Shown here piece after piece: positions 41,346 to 54,770 of a stretch of 64,000 nucleotides of DNA. This stretch comes from Camelus ferus (lineage: Eukaryota). The stretch lies in the NCBI RefSeq assembly GCF_009834535.1, contig NC_045696.1, forward strand, positions 40,364,001 through 40,428,000, read 5' to 3'. Both the position numbers and the translations under genes were made by a program. The notes under the pieces are model-generated. The model saw only the letters and a program-made list of their open reading frames with translations. It was not told the origin of the DNA and did not search any database. Position 1 is the first letter of the stretch, and every line of letters begins with the position of its first letter.

Positions 41346-42489
41346 TTTTTCAATGATAATATTTATATAATCACACTCTCATAAGGTTTAACGGATTCAA
41401 ATGGACAATTTTTTATCACATATACATACAATGATTATCAATTTTAAAATAATTATAACGTAACACTAATTCTAACTAGAAGTGTAGTTTCAGCATTACT
41501 AAGTTAAATGTAATGATTCGGAAGTCATTTGGGAACATTCAGTAGCTCAGGGGTCCTTAATGACCATCATTACCCACATGAGTTCAAAAAAGGTATCCTT
41601 AATAAATTCTGAATGAATAGATACCAGGCAAAGTAAACTCATTCAAAATTAATACTCCTCCAGCCTAGCATGCATTCTACAAAACAGGCATGTTTGAGCT
41701 ATAACCTTCCTAGCTCATCAAGCTGGATTTGTGATTTACGTTAATCCTGCACATCTGAGAGTAAGCCAGGGCCTCTTATGAGGAGGAGCCTGGTGTCAGG
41801 GCTGGGCACTGGATTTATTATTCCTCCTAGTTAACACCTGTTTTTACTTTATTTTTGTTTGTTTTTTCCATGTGTTTATTTCCTAATTTATTTACTTTTT
41901 TCTCTTTTTTTAATTAAGGAGCAAAGCTTTCTATTCTGTAATTTAAAAACTAAAAAAAAAAAAATACTGAAGAACTTTGGGGGGAATTTTGTACTTTTTA
42001 TCTGTGTAATATTAGACTTTTTTGAGCTTTATTGTGGTTGTTAATTTGAAGTAATAAAGTAGAAAAGGATAAAGTTTAAAAAATAAAAAATAAATGGATT
42101 CATGAATGGCTTCTGTTCATGAATCCCAGCATGCTAACAGTGAAGATGCTAATGGACCCAAAGTGTGGCATTTGGCTGGTGCTCAAGGGATCTTATCTTG
42201 TCCCCGTTTCCGGGGAAGAGGTGCCCATCTGGTGTGATCCAAGAGGCATAAAGAGGCCACTTTCCTGCAAAGATCCTCCTAGTGACCCTCAAGCTCCTGG
42301 ACCTCCTCACCACAAATTCTCCTTGAGGTGGTGGAACTCTGTTAAAAGACAAATACCTCATCCTGAAGGCATAGCCCAATGATACCGTTGTCAGTCAATG
42401 CTACAACACTGGTTTCTTAAATTACCTGGTTGTTGCCTAGCAGAGTCTATCTGCATTTTTTTTAAGTCAGAGAAGTTTGGGAAGTCCAA

Positions 42490-43445
42490 AATGTGGCTTT
42501 AATAGGAGTACATTGGTAAATAAACTGTAATACAACTCGACAATGGGATATTCAGCACTAAAAAGAAATATGCTATCAGCCTTATTTACAAAAACCAAGA
42601 TACAGAAGCAACCTATGCCCATCAACAGATGAATAAATGGAAAAAAAGATGAGGTGTGTATAGATATAGATATAGATATATAATTGAATATTACTGAGCC
42701 ATAAAAAAAAGAATGAAATTTTGCCCTTTGCAGCAACATGGACGGACCTGAAGGGTATTATTCTTCATGAAAAAAAGTCAGATAGAGAAAGACAAACACT
42801 GTATGTTATCACTTAAATGTTGAATCTAAAAAATAAGTCAAATGAATAAAGATAATAGACTCTCAGGCATGGAGAACAAACTAGTGGTTACCAGTGGGAA
42901 AGGGATGAGGGAGGGGGAGCTAGGGATAGGGGATTAAGGCGTACAAACTACTATGTATAAAATAAGAGACAAGAATCTATTGAACAGCACAGGGAATATA
43001 GCCAATATTTTGTAACTTTAAATGGAGTATAATCTATAAAACGATTGAATCACTATATTATATACCTAAAACTAACATAACATTGAAAATTAACTATATT
43101 TTGATTTTTACAATTTGCTATCAAGCCATGAAAAGACATGGAGGAAACTTAAATGCATATTACTAAATGAAAAAAGCCAATCTGAAGAGACTACATACTG
43201 TGTGATTCCAACTACACAACATTCTGGAAAAGGCAAAACTATTGAAACAGTAAAAAGATCAGAGGTTGCCAGGGATTGAGGGGAGAGGGGTGAATAGGTG
43301 GAACGCTGAGCATTTTTAGCAAATAATTATTAAAACAGTAAAAATATTCTGTAGGATACTATAATGGTGGATACATGTCCTTACGCATTTCTCAAAACCC
43401 ATAGATTGTACAACACCAAAAGTGAACTGTAAGGTAAATGAGATT
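42490..43445 (+). mobile_element. Nested L1: older L1MC-type 3' fragment (42490-42578 and 43112-43445) interrupted by a younger L1 3' end (42579-43111)
   Basis: Host motif cagcactaaaaagaaatatgctatca|agccatgaaaagacatggaggaaacttaaatgcatattacta is split by the insert. TSD AAT(A/T)TGCTATCA at 42567-42578 and 43112-43123. The insert has gcagcaacatggacggacctgaagggtatta, acagcacagggaatatagccaatattt. Confidence 0.88.
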
Positions 43446-43774
43446 ATATTTTTTTTAAGTAGAGGGGAAGGTTTAGGTGGAGGATCTCAGTGAACAATCC
43501 TGGGCAGGAGGATGATGGTGCCAAGAGGATCCAGGGGTCACTGGAGGGGAGAGGGGACCACTGGACACGCTCCCTGTGATTCCTCCTGGGCATTTGCTCT
43601 GTGTGGAGGAGGGCTTGGAGCTGTAAAGAGTAGTGTTGCCAGGCTTCCTGGCAGTATTTGCACTGGTGGAAACAAACAGCCAAACAACAGTGATCGCAGG
43701 GGCACTTCACTTAGTTGAATTGCCTTCCTGAGACATTGATGCCATAGATTCTTCTAGTGGCTTTAATCCAGAAT

Positions 43775-44010
43775 ATCCCTGAAGAGTGAGATAAACCATC
43801 AGATTCAAATCCTACTATGTTCCCTACTAAAGTGCTAGATATGGAGCAAGTTATTTAAACTTTTTGGGCCCTCATTTCCATATCTGCAGAATGAATATTA
43901 TAGCATCTGCCTGCCAGAATTGTCAGGATTGCATTGCATGAGAAAATTTATGTAAAGCCCTGAGCGCAGAGTCTGGCACTTGGTAAATATTTATTCAAGG
44001 TCTGTTACGC
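43775..44010 (+). mobile_element. MIR SINE
   Basis: agattcaaatcct...gagcaagttatttaaactttttgggccctcatttccatatctgcagaatg...tatgtaaagccctgagcgcagagtctggcacttggtaa. Confidence 0.7.
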
Positions 44011-47000
44011 CTAATATTGCTATTACTAATAGAGTTAGCAGTGTCTAAAACATTCTCAGCCCTTACAAAATATGTATTCAATGAATTAATAACAAGACTT
44101 CAACTGACCCCTAGTAGTGCCAGTGTTGGGGTAAAGAGTAATGTCTGGTTTCCATACCACAGTGAGCAGGCTATTCCAGATGTTAAGGTCAATGGCAGCC
44201 AGCAGGGAGTCCAACCCTCCTCTAACAGGATTCTTCTGCACTTCGATATCATCTTTCTGCTCAGATTGTTGTCAACACCTAATGATTCACGACTCTGACA
44301 GGACACGAAATAAAATTCAGGCTATTATAACTTCTAGTCACAAACGATCTTTATTTTGAAAATCTTTATTTTAAAAGTAACTTTATAGAAACTTGAGCTC
44401 TTTGAAGGAACAATCTCATGTAAATTGTAATACATAATTACATTTTATGTGTTCAATCCAAAAGATCCTTTAACAGGTGTTGGAAATACCCATTTCTATA
44501 CTCAGTAGAACTCAGAATCAAGCAAATAGCCAGCCTTTGTGTCTCTGTACCACTATGCCCACACTGATAACTATAAGTAGATGGAGGGAGAAATGATAAA
44601 CTGGAAGATGAATAGGTAGGTGGGTTGATGATAAACATATATAAAAAGGAATTTTCTTTGCCTGTTTGTGAAAATATTTTATCATTTGATTTTGGCAGCA
44701 GCTAGAACAAGTAGAGTTCAGCGGTGAGAATCTAGTATGATGCCTCTAAAAAAATTCAGAATGTTATTATATGCTAAATCATATGTAGATTTAGGAATTC
44801 TTTGCCTACCTCAGACTTTTCTTACGGATAACTCATTTTTTTTAATATGCTTCTGTGTAATGCCAGATGCTCATAGAAATAATTCAAAAGTTATGTTCGC
44901 TATGCAATGTCTTCCATTTGCATTCTTTGCAAGTCTTGTTGAGACTGATATTAAAATAAGTTTGTTTTTTGTGGACACACATCAAGGACTAGAGTGCAGA
45001 AGAAGCCCAATCACATACTGGAAGACGGAGGGAAGCCAGGATGAGATTGTAAAAATGCTGGCACTTATCATACAAGCCCAACACGCATGAACAGGAGTTG
45101 AATGTTTTCCCATGACTAATTTCACAGAGATGGAAACTGACCCAGGGAAGAAGTCTGAGCAATCAACTCTGTGGCTGGCCATCCCCTCTAGACTGTGAGT
45201 CATTCCAGGACAGGGACCTCATTCTCCACTCTTTGTTGTGTCTACAGCACCTGGCACTTGCTAAGTACTGAACAATAGTGAATGGATGGATCAATGAATA
45301 AATGAATGAATGGGTGAAAGCATTTCTCTGCATTCTCTATCTCTTAGAACTCTAATCCCCAAGTGGAGCACTAGGGTATGATCTGGAGGTTGTTGTGCAA
45401 ACAAAGGCAAAGGACCAAGCAGTGTTTGTTAGGGTAAATTTACAGAGAGAGAAGCAATAGCAGGTGCAAGGGGAGCCCCCATCCTCGGCACATTCCAGGC
45501 TAGGGTCATGCACAAAATCCTGCAGGCCTGGAAGTCAGGCTCCAGGAGAGGAAGCTGCCCCTCCGCCTGTGAGGCGTTTAAACTGTGTGTCTAGGGAAGC
45601 ACCAGCCCTTCCCCTGGTGTGATCAGAGGCTAAGATCAAATAGCACAATGATGTGGCAGAACTTTGGCTCTAGCCGTCTCCTGGACACTCATCAATCATG
45701 GCTGAGGGGAGCACTCGCCCCTCTTCTATCTGGGAGATGGAGTCCAAGCCTTGCACCTCCAGCTAAATAATGCAGTGAGCCAGTGGCAGGATTTGCTCCA
45801 ACCGTGTGAATGTTTCAGAAGCATCAGTCCCTCCTCTGATGTGATGGGGGTGGGAGGGTTGAGGTCCGAGCCCTGCAAAGGACCAAGACTGTTCATCTCA
45901 AGCATTTTAGGACTGGGCTATAGCCAGTTTCCATGGAGCTTTGCTGGAGGTCATCTCCTTTCTTGAGAGTTCAACCTGCGGGGGATCCTTCTTGAATACA
46001 TGAACTCTTGCCTCTCAATAGTGATGTAGTAAACACAGATTAATCATGCTGTCATGACCAGCCCTTCTCCCCAGGAGCTACTAGAGATTCTTCATGGCAA
46101 GGCTAAGCTTCATGTCCCCATCTCATGCCTCTAACTTCCCTAAGATCTCTGTTAGCTTGCACCTCCATCTGACTGTCTACCCATTCCCAGCCAGGGCAGC
46201 ACACCCAGAACCCATTAAACTGCCCCAGGCCCCATTCTCCTAAACTGCCTGAATCCCAGTGCCTTGGGCCCTGTCCTACATTATAGACCAATCATCTGTC
46301 ACAAAATCTCTGAAACATATTAGCTTTCCCAGGTTCTGGAAATTTCGGCACTTAGGAGAACTATGGAGGAGGTATTTTGGTTCCAGGTGCCACCCCAGTC
46401 ACCCACATTGGCATTTCTTCCTTGCTTACAAGGACTCTGCCCTTGAATTCAAGTGACAAGGGAAGATGATTTGATTCCTGTGCCCCACTCTGGCCTTTGA
46501 AGACATGAGCTTTTATTCAGACTCAGGTTTGAAATGGGCTGATGACGTTGTAAAAACCAGGTGGGAATCAACAACCTGTAAAAGAGCAAAGGAATTAGGG
46601 ATAGAGTTGGGAAAGGACAAGGGAAAGGGAAGAAGCAAGCACAAGGGAAAAGGGGGTAAACAGGAAGCAGGACCAAGACAGGAAGCAGGACCATTTTTCT
46701 GTGTGTTTTTTTCAGACTTTGCCTTGGATTGCCATTGAGGCGGAGGTGACATCTTAGTCGTGTTTGAGTCCTTCTTAGTTACCAGCATGCTGGTTCAGAA
46801 AATGTTTGTTGAATGGGATAAATAAGAAAATAAAAGTGGTGTGTGGTAATGAGCTCAGTGAAACGGGTCATGAGTCGTGGTGACACTACCCCAATCCTCA
46901 CTGCATATCATCTGACCAATTTCACTATTCAAGCAAACAAAAGAAGGAACAAATAAAAATAGTTTATTTTAGTAGTAATTTCCATGACAGTGGCTGAAAC

Positions 47001-49824
47001 CCCCTCTCTTTGGAGATTTTTTCCCCCCTCAATATCCCCCTTCAATATCCTTTTCTCTTACAGCAGAAAAGCCAGAAGCCTAGAAAAGCTGAGTGGCTTA
47101 CCCAAGGCCGCACAGAGGCAAGTGTCAAGCTCAGGACAGACCCTCCTACTTTCCAACTCTCAGGGCCACGACTGTGAGAAAAGGAAACTAAATCCCATAG
47201 GGTATTCTGTTCCAGAGCAGACACAGATTAAGTATAGGATTCAGATGAATTAATAAAATATAAAATAAAATGTGGGGAAAGAAAAAATAAATTGCACACT
47301 ACACAAAGCTGAAATGTGACCGTGACATCCGATCCTTAATCTGTTTGCTATTAGGGTGGAGAACAAGATAGTGCTCTGTTTTCTGGAATTCAGAAGCATT
47401 TTATTATTTATAAATTTGAATATTTAAAGGAATACAAGGAAAGTTCACATGGGCTGGGCTGGACCTCTTTGTAATGTAAATACCTTTCCAATGGGGAAAA
47501 AAATTACTAAAAGATGGTGTGTTTGTCTTCTGACAGTATTTCCCAGACAATTTTTTTTATTGTTAGCAAAGCTCTCTTGGAGCGTAAGTAAGTGTTTCAG
47601 AGGAGTGGTAATGTTAAAGCAACGGGAAGGAAAATTTCAGTAAGAACCAAGTTGCCCCAATTCCCCTTTATTTTTAAACAGAACCATCAAAGGGCAGCTA
47701 AGCTAACGGGAATATACTTAAATGGCATTAATTCATCCCTAAGAGGATGCTCCAAGAGTTTTATTGCTACATAAGGGAAAGCCATAAACCAGCAGGAGGA
47801 GAAAGCAAAGAAAATAAGTCTCAGGAATCATCTTGTGTAAGAAAGTGAGCAGGTGGTCAGTAATGTGTCCTTGGCTGGATTCCACCGTGAGGAGACAGAA
47901 ATTCATGGCAAGGATGTGGCCCACAAAACAATCACAGGGAATGGAATCATGGGACGTTGCAAAGTGTTGTTGAAGAGTTCACATGAATGTGAAATAATCA
48001 AATGTTCATCGCTCCTCCCCCTGCTCACTCTCCATCCAAGTGCACGTTAATACTTGACTCCACAGCCTGTGGCCTAACTCTTTCCAGCATCTGGCATAAT
48101 TAGGACATAACAAAAAAAGGACTAGACAGGGTACAGCCAAGGACAGGGAGGTTTTAGACTAGAAAGAAACATTGAGGATCATTTAATCCAACACTCTCAG
48201 TTTTACAAACAAGGAAATGGAGTCTCAGAGATTACTTTCATAGAGGGTGAGAAGTTCAGAGATTTTTCACTTGAGGTCTTGAGTCCTAAATTGAATATTA
48301 AGACTTCAGGTTTAGAACAATGCCTCTGTGACCCTGTCATTCAGCTCAAGCCAGGTCTAAGACCTTTGGAGTAGCCATAGACACTCTTTACAAGCGTCCT
48401 GTGATGAATGACCATTATCACCAACCTCAAGATTATTCTGCCTTCAGCCAACCCTTCCCCATTTGTCCGAGGTTTGTTATTTTTTAATCAAAAAGAGCAC
48501 TCTATTAATTTCTAAGGAAGAAAGGCTATTATGTAGGATTTTTCATTCTTTCGAGCTGGCAGTAGACACCAGGACACAAAATCAGAAATGTAAATGAAAA
48601 CAGTAGGCAGAGAGAAGAGTCCCCTTGATTCAGTATTCAGAAACCATAATGCTCTCTCAGTCTTCCCACCAACCCCTCCCAATCTTATTTTACTATTTAG
48701 AAAAGGCGGGAGGGGACAGGATGAAAATATGGCATCATTCATATATTTGTTCAACAAGCATTTATAAAGCCTGCTTTGTACATAGTTATGAACTAGATAC
48801 AGGGAATTCCCAAAGATAAAGGTCTGACCCCAGGCCTGCGGACACTTGAGAGAGCTCCTCTCGACCCCAATAACCAGCTCCCAGAATTCATGACCATTGT
48901 TCAAAATAAAATACCCTTTAAATTTGCTTCATTTGGGGTAAAATTAATATTTTCTGTTTAAATAAGTGCTGTGGCTAAAAAAAGTTGGGGATTTCTTTGG
49001 TATTTTGGACTTGAGGTTACGATTTGCACTAACTACAACAGAAGCATATATTGAATGGAGTCTGTGTTTCTTCAGATACAAAACTCAACATAGTTTTGAG
49101 TTAAGCAAGGGTCTGTGGTCGGGGGAGGAGGACATGAATCTTTCAGACACAAGGCTTGTAATATGGTAAACATTAAAGAGATGTTAACTATAGCAATACT
49201 ATTATTATTCCTCAAGTCCCTGAAAATGGCAGTGAAAAACCAGCATCTAAAAGCTTCTAAAAAAAAGTGACTGTATGCTGATTATTTTTCTGAACTAAAA
49301 GCTTATAGTTATTATTACCCATGACTTTTACTTCCTTCAACAGTGAGATATAGCCCAAGTCCCTCAGCAGCTCCCAGGAGGCCAACCTGCTGGTGTCACT
49401 GCCTAGAAGCCTCCTTAGTTCTCTGAATTTCAAAGCCAAAGCCCTTGTGGCCAGTACAAGACCAGGCTGCAGAGCAGCCGGGTCACTGAGGAAAGGGGAA
49501 CAGGAAGGGACCCAGCTTTTGAACTCATGCTCACGTGTGACAAGCAGGTGGGCACAGGCTGCACTGAGAGATGGGCACCCAAATCCCGCACTTGTTATCT
49601 GCTTGTCAGGAACTATCTGTACCTTACCTGTGTTCGGTATCTCAGACAAGGGTACGATTGGTCAGCATCATTTCACAACATTTCACAAAAATCGTTAACT
49701 TTCAAATTCTTCAAAAACGAGACTGCAATAAAGTTAAGTATGGTGGAATATGTGCCCACAATCCCCTCTGCTGCTCTTGCTCCTCCTCCCTCTCCCCTCC
49801 CCTCCCCCCTACTCCTTCTGGAAA

Positions 49825-50070
49825 CAATAGCTAACACCTACCTACGCAGTGCTTACTATGTCTAAGCACTGTTCTAAGCATCTTACTTGAATTAATTCCC
49901 TTTTATCCTCAAAAATGTCATGAGACAGATAATGTTATCATCCCCAATTTTTCCTGAGGAAATGGAAACACAGAGAGGTTAAGTCACTTGCCTAAGATCA
50001 CAGAGCTACTAAGTGAGAGGATTTAATTCAGGTGGGTTAGCTCAGAGTTGACCATTATCTTAACCATTAT
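49825..50070 (-). mobile_element. MIR SINE
   Basis: aatagctaacac...agtgcttactatgtctaagcactgttctaagca...ttatcatccccaatttt..tgaggaaatggaaacacagagaggttaagtcacttgcctaagatcacagagcta. Confidence 0.8.
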
Positions 50071-52986
50071 CCCCAACAGCTGCTTTTTAACTGTTTCAGC
50101 TGCCAATGTCTGTTTCTAAATAATACCTTTCACTTCCGTCCTTACTCTGCTCAACTATTCCCACTTATTCTTCGAACTTTTGTTCTGACATTTTATGTCT
50201 GACCAACCCTACCACCAACACACCTCTTCCAGATTAAAATCTTTTTTGTCTTTATTGAAGCATTTATACCAGATTAAGATTTAACTTTCAACAGTTGACT
50301 AGGAACTTCTTGAGAACAGGTCTTTGTTTTTCATTTATTTTTATACATCTTCAGCCACTAACCTAGTAGTGCCTAAAAATTCAAAATAAAATTGTTGAAT
50401 TTAATAATTAAACTCATCAACTGACACAGCGAAGAGAAACGAAGCCAGGAGTTAGAAATTCAATCAAATAAAGGCATGGGAACCACCCCCCTACAATGTT
50501 TTAGAAGAAGGGAGGTGTTAGAAACCACCTGGTACAAAGGTACCCAGCAGCCTAAATGTTGGATTCTGCCTGTGGAGGCATTTTTTTTCCCATACCAGAC
50601 ACTATTAAAAAAAAAAAAAAAGGATCAGCCCAAAATTTCAAAATGAAGAGGTTTCACAAAATGTCCTAACTTGTGGCTTTTCTTGAAAAATTGGAAAACC
50701 TGCCCAACCAGGTTCACAAGAGGGTGGTTCAACAACCAACCCCTTGGATGGGGCAGTGCTCCCAATTCACTGCAAACTCCGGCTGCCAACTCCTCTCACC
50801 CCTCCATCTGCCCTGCTTCCGCCAGGTAGTTGGGCTCCCTCTCGCTATGATTTACTCCCTACATTTTACAGTTAGGAAGAAGAGGCCCTGAAAAGTCCAC
50901 AAGTGTTATCATGACAGAGGAGTGGCTACACCCCAAGTCTCTCATCTCCAATTCAGTTTCCTACTCACACTCTAAGTCCGAAGAAATAACATTTGTGAAG
51001 CCTGGTGATCAGTGCAATTCCATGTTTTTTTGGTGAATTCTTTGTGCCTTGTAGCAAGTTTTGCTCATTAAAAGAAAAGTCTCTTCTATACTCCCAGCTT
51101 CCTTAACTTTGGTATCTCTAAGAACTGGCATTTATTACATAATTCTTTGTCCTTTCCTTTCTCCACTTCCATTTTCTCTGAAAAATGATCGGTGGATTAA
51201 CTGTGAAAACCTTATGATTTTCCTCCCAGACAGCACATCCATCTCTTTCTCCCTCAAAATAAATTCCACCCCTGAAAGAAACAGAACTTCCAATACCCAG
51301 ATAGCTGTGGTTTGGTTGCTTTCAGTTCTCTGCCTGTGTTCAAAGGGCAGGATGTTACCACGCAGGCTAATTATCTAGATGGAGCTGTGGTTGAGAAGTG
51401 GTGGATTTTAGAGACTGCCTTCTCTGTGGCTGACAATTTATCACAACTTGGCAGTTTTAGGCTTAGCCTCAGCTTGAGAGCAAAAAATTTTTTTTTTATT
51501 TCAATTCATTTTTGGGAACAGTCCTGTGGAACGATCTCTGCTACTCTTGTACCGCGCAACAGGGAAAGAACAAATTCACATTTTTACTGACCAAGAAATT
51601 GTCGAGATTTTTTTAGTTCTTTTATAATTCAGAAATTTCCAGGGGCACAGATTGCAACTTTAGTAGGCTCGCTGTTCAGACTGGAGATCAGCCATATGAG
51701 TGTGTGTGGGCAGGGTGGGAGGAGGGCAGCAATTTTGGAAGAAATGCATTAATTATTTTTATTTCCAAGGGCTGTTGATTTTTTTTAATGTTTTGCCCAT
51801 GTGTGATAGCAACTCTATAGCTTGACTTTTAATATTAAGTCATTCAAGGTTATGTGGCTCAAAGTCATCTTAGTTAAATAAAACTTCAACAATTGAATCC
51901 CCCAAATCACCAGCTTAAACGTGAAAAATAGTCAACAATTGGCTGCCTCGTGCCCTCTACCTCTTGCATTTCAACCCACAAAGACATATATGTACCCATA
52001 CAGTCATTGAACTAATAAATATTTTAGTATTATGAAAGATGGAAAAGGCTAGGATTTGTTCCTTGGTTCAGGGATTTTTTGTTTGTTTCACAGTTTCCTA
52101 TAAAAATACCAAAATGAACAGTCTACTGCCGTAACAGCCAGCTAATAAAAGGGAAATGCTAACACGGCAAGTCGGCTTGCTTGCTTAATCTTCTGGGTAT
52201 ACTGATAGAGCAAGTACTAAGTGCCAATCAGAACGGGGCAGAGAAAAGAGACCTTCCTGTGCTTTTCAGTCCCTCCTTGCCACTGTCCTAGGAAAACATG
52301 GGGAGAAACATCCCTGCTGGCAGAGGGCTCCCTCTCCTCCTGGCTCAGGGCCAGGAGCTGAGCCTGCCGAACTTCATAGTCCAACTTACTCAACTTTCAG
52401 AACTTTCAGCAGAACTTTTAATGATAAGGAATACACTAACTCATTTGAGTTTCACCTCATCTCTCAACCTTTCTTGGGTAAGAGGCTGAGCAATAGCAAA
52501 GCATCTAGAAGACATGCAGAATTACAGAAAAGGAGAAAAGGCAAGAGCTTCTAAGATGAAAGCCTTCATCAGGAAAAGCTGGAGTTCATACACAGGCCAG
52601 CTCCTCCTCACCATCCCTCCTCCCACATCTAGAGGCTGCCTAGGACCCCAGGTTCTTCGAGCTCAGGACCTGGGTGAAGGTCATTCAGGAAACAAGTTAT
52701 GTGCTTTTGTGTTTTTGCTTCACTTGACTTAAACTTTCTAGTCTCTGCAACCTAAGATATTTTGAAAATGAGTACAATTTTATCATTTTACTTTATTCAA
52801 CTCATTAATGTTATTTACAAAGGACAACTTCTACCAGAACTACCAAGTTTCAACTATGCATATGACAAGGGCATTCCTGAGTTTTGTCTGGTTGAAATTC
52901 ATTGGTAATCCCATTGGTCTGCACAAGAGCTCAGGATGAAATAAAAGTGTTTGCAGTGAACATATGTTCCATGAAATTTGTATTTT

Positions 52987-53289
52987 ATTCTTTTCTTCCA
53001 GTGTCGTTGAGAGATAATTGACATTCAGCACTGTATAAGTTCAAAGTGTACGGCATAATGATTTGACTTACATACATCATGAAGTGATTACCACAATAAG
53101 CTTAGTGAACATCCATCAATGTAGATACAAAATAAAAGAAAAAGGAAAACTTTTTTTCCTTGTGATCAGAACTCTTAGGGCACTCTTAATGACTATCATA
53201 TATAACATACAGCAGTACTAATTATATTTCTCATGTTGTACATTACATCCCTAGTACTGATTTATCTTATAACTGGAAGTTTGTACTTC
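52987..53289 (-). mobile_element. 5'-truncated L1 3' end
   Basis: gagataattgacattcagcactgtataagttcaaagtgtacggcataatgatttgactta...catgttgtacattacatccctagtactgatttatcttataactggaagtttgtac. Long imperfect TSD TATGTTC(C)ATGA(A/T)ATTTGTATTTT at 52963-52986 and 53290-53312. Confidence 0.85.
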
Positions 53290-54529
53290 TATGTTCATGA
53301 TATTTGTATTTTGCTACATTATAGTTATATAGTTACATTAATTATTAATGTAGTTATATAAAAACTACATTATAGTTATTTGCTCTAAGTAAATATTTTT
53401 ACAATATCCAACTCAATGGATTACATTAAATGAGACTTCCCTACACGTCTCTTCCTTGCAAAGTCCTGAAAACACCTTAATTTCACATCGTGTTATTTAC
53501 ATAAGCTGTTGTGCAGAGAAGGCAGAAGGAATTTACCTTGCTGAACGTCACTAGGCCCATGGAATGGGAGGACCTTATTCTTGGGAAGCCCTCATCTTTG
53601 CCTGCTTTACTATAAAGCTGCCTCTAAATTTTGAATCTTCAATTTCTGTTGCAAAATGAATATTGTAGCTCCTAAAAACATGAGTAAGTCACACTTAATC
53701 ACTACTTCTCCTTCTCAAAATGCAGACTTTATATTCATTTGTCATTCCTACCACAGGAGGCATACATACTATTTGCTGAATGACTGGGAGAAAATTGAGC
53801 TTATACATTGAAGGTTTTATCACTTGTAGCCACTTTGTAAGGATTTCTCAGCAAGCTTCCATTTTCAGTCAATCTTTGAATATGGTTTAAAAAAAGAAAA
53901 CTTTTAAATCACCTTTTGTCCCTAAACATTATTTCTTACTTCGGTTCTTCCTTTGGTTTCTGGTCAAGTACAGCTTATTTCATCAGAGGTATACATGAGG
54001 GCATGGGGGGCTGTTCAAACCCTTCTTGCTTCATCTCCACCTATAAGAAAGGACAGCGAGATACTGAAAAGTAACTGGAAGTGGGAGGTGACATCCAAAG
54101 GATTTAATTCATGAAATTATTTGGTCTGAAGTGTGGATTTGTTATTGGTGTCCACAGCTACCATAGTATTTTAGAGCAAGAGGGGAACTTGAAGTCATCT
54201 AGTCAATGTCCCCATTCTGCAAGTGAGAAAATACGCCCACTCAGGGTAGGTGACTTGCTTAGTTTAGGTCAGAACTAGAATTTAGAGGCTCTATGCTTTG
54301 CAAACATATGATATCTTCATAGTATGGGAAGAAAAGCTAAACAAAACAAAAAAAGGATTCTGCTTTAGAACTTTCTCTTTTAGGGGTTCTCCCAAGTGTT
54401 TTATAAACCCTTTGGCAGCTGACATGATTCCAGTTAGAGAAACAAAAGGAGTTAACTGCAGACTTCAAGTATGTGAACTATTATTTTAAGGAAAATATTC
54501 TCCAGATGTTTCCCACCTCCTCTGAGAAT

Positions 54530-54770
54530 AGAAAAGAGGAAATGTGCTTAAAAATCAGCAAGAAAGATTCAGATTAGATATTAGGAAATGTAGGTCTGTG
54601 AAATCCTGCGATCAGTTACCGGAGAATATTGTGAAATCTCCTCTTCTGGAGAACTTTTGGAATGTGGTGGTTGGCCATCTGTTTCAGAGGGGTTATGTGG
54701 GTGGCCCATTTCTAGAGCTGGGGACACAACCTAATTGACATCTCAAGTTCTGTAGGTCCCATGAGGTCGT
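54530..54770 (+). mobile_element. L3/CR1 LINE 3' remnant
   Basis: Translation QERFRLDIRK...VKSCDQLPENIVKSPLLENF resembles the conserved CR1 ORF2 C-terminal motif RFRLDIRKNFF..RVV..WN.LP.EVVESPSLE.F. Confidence 0.75.

Noticed and set aside
46659..46693. Short two-copy duplications here (ACAGGAAGCAGGACCA), at 55021-55052 and at 60378-60430
   Set aside because: Ordinary slippage duplications with no spacer-array structure; not CRISPR-like.
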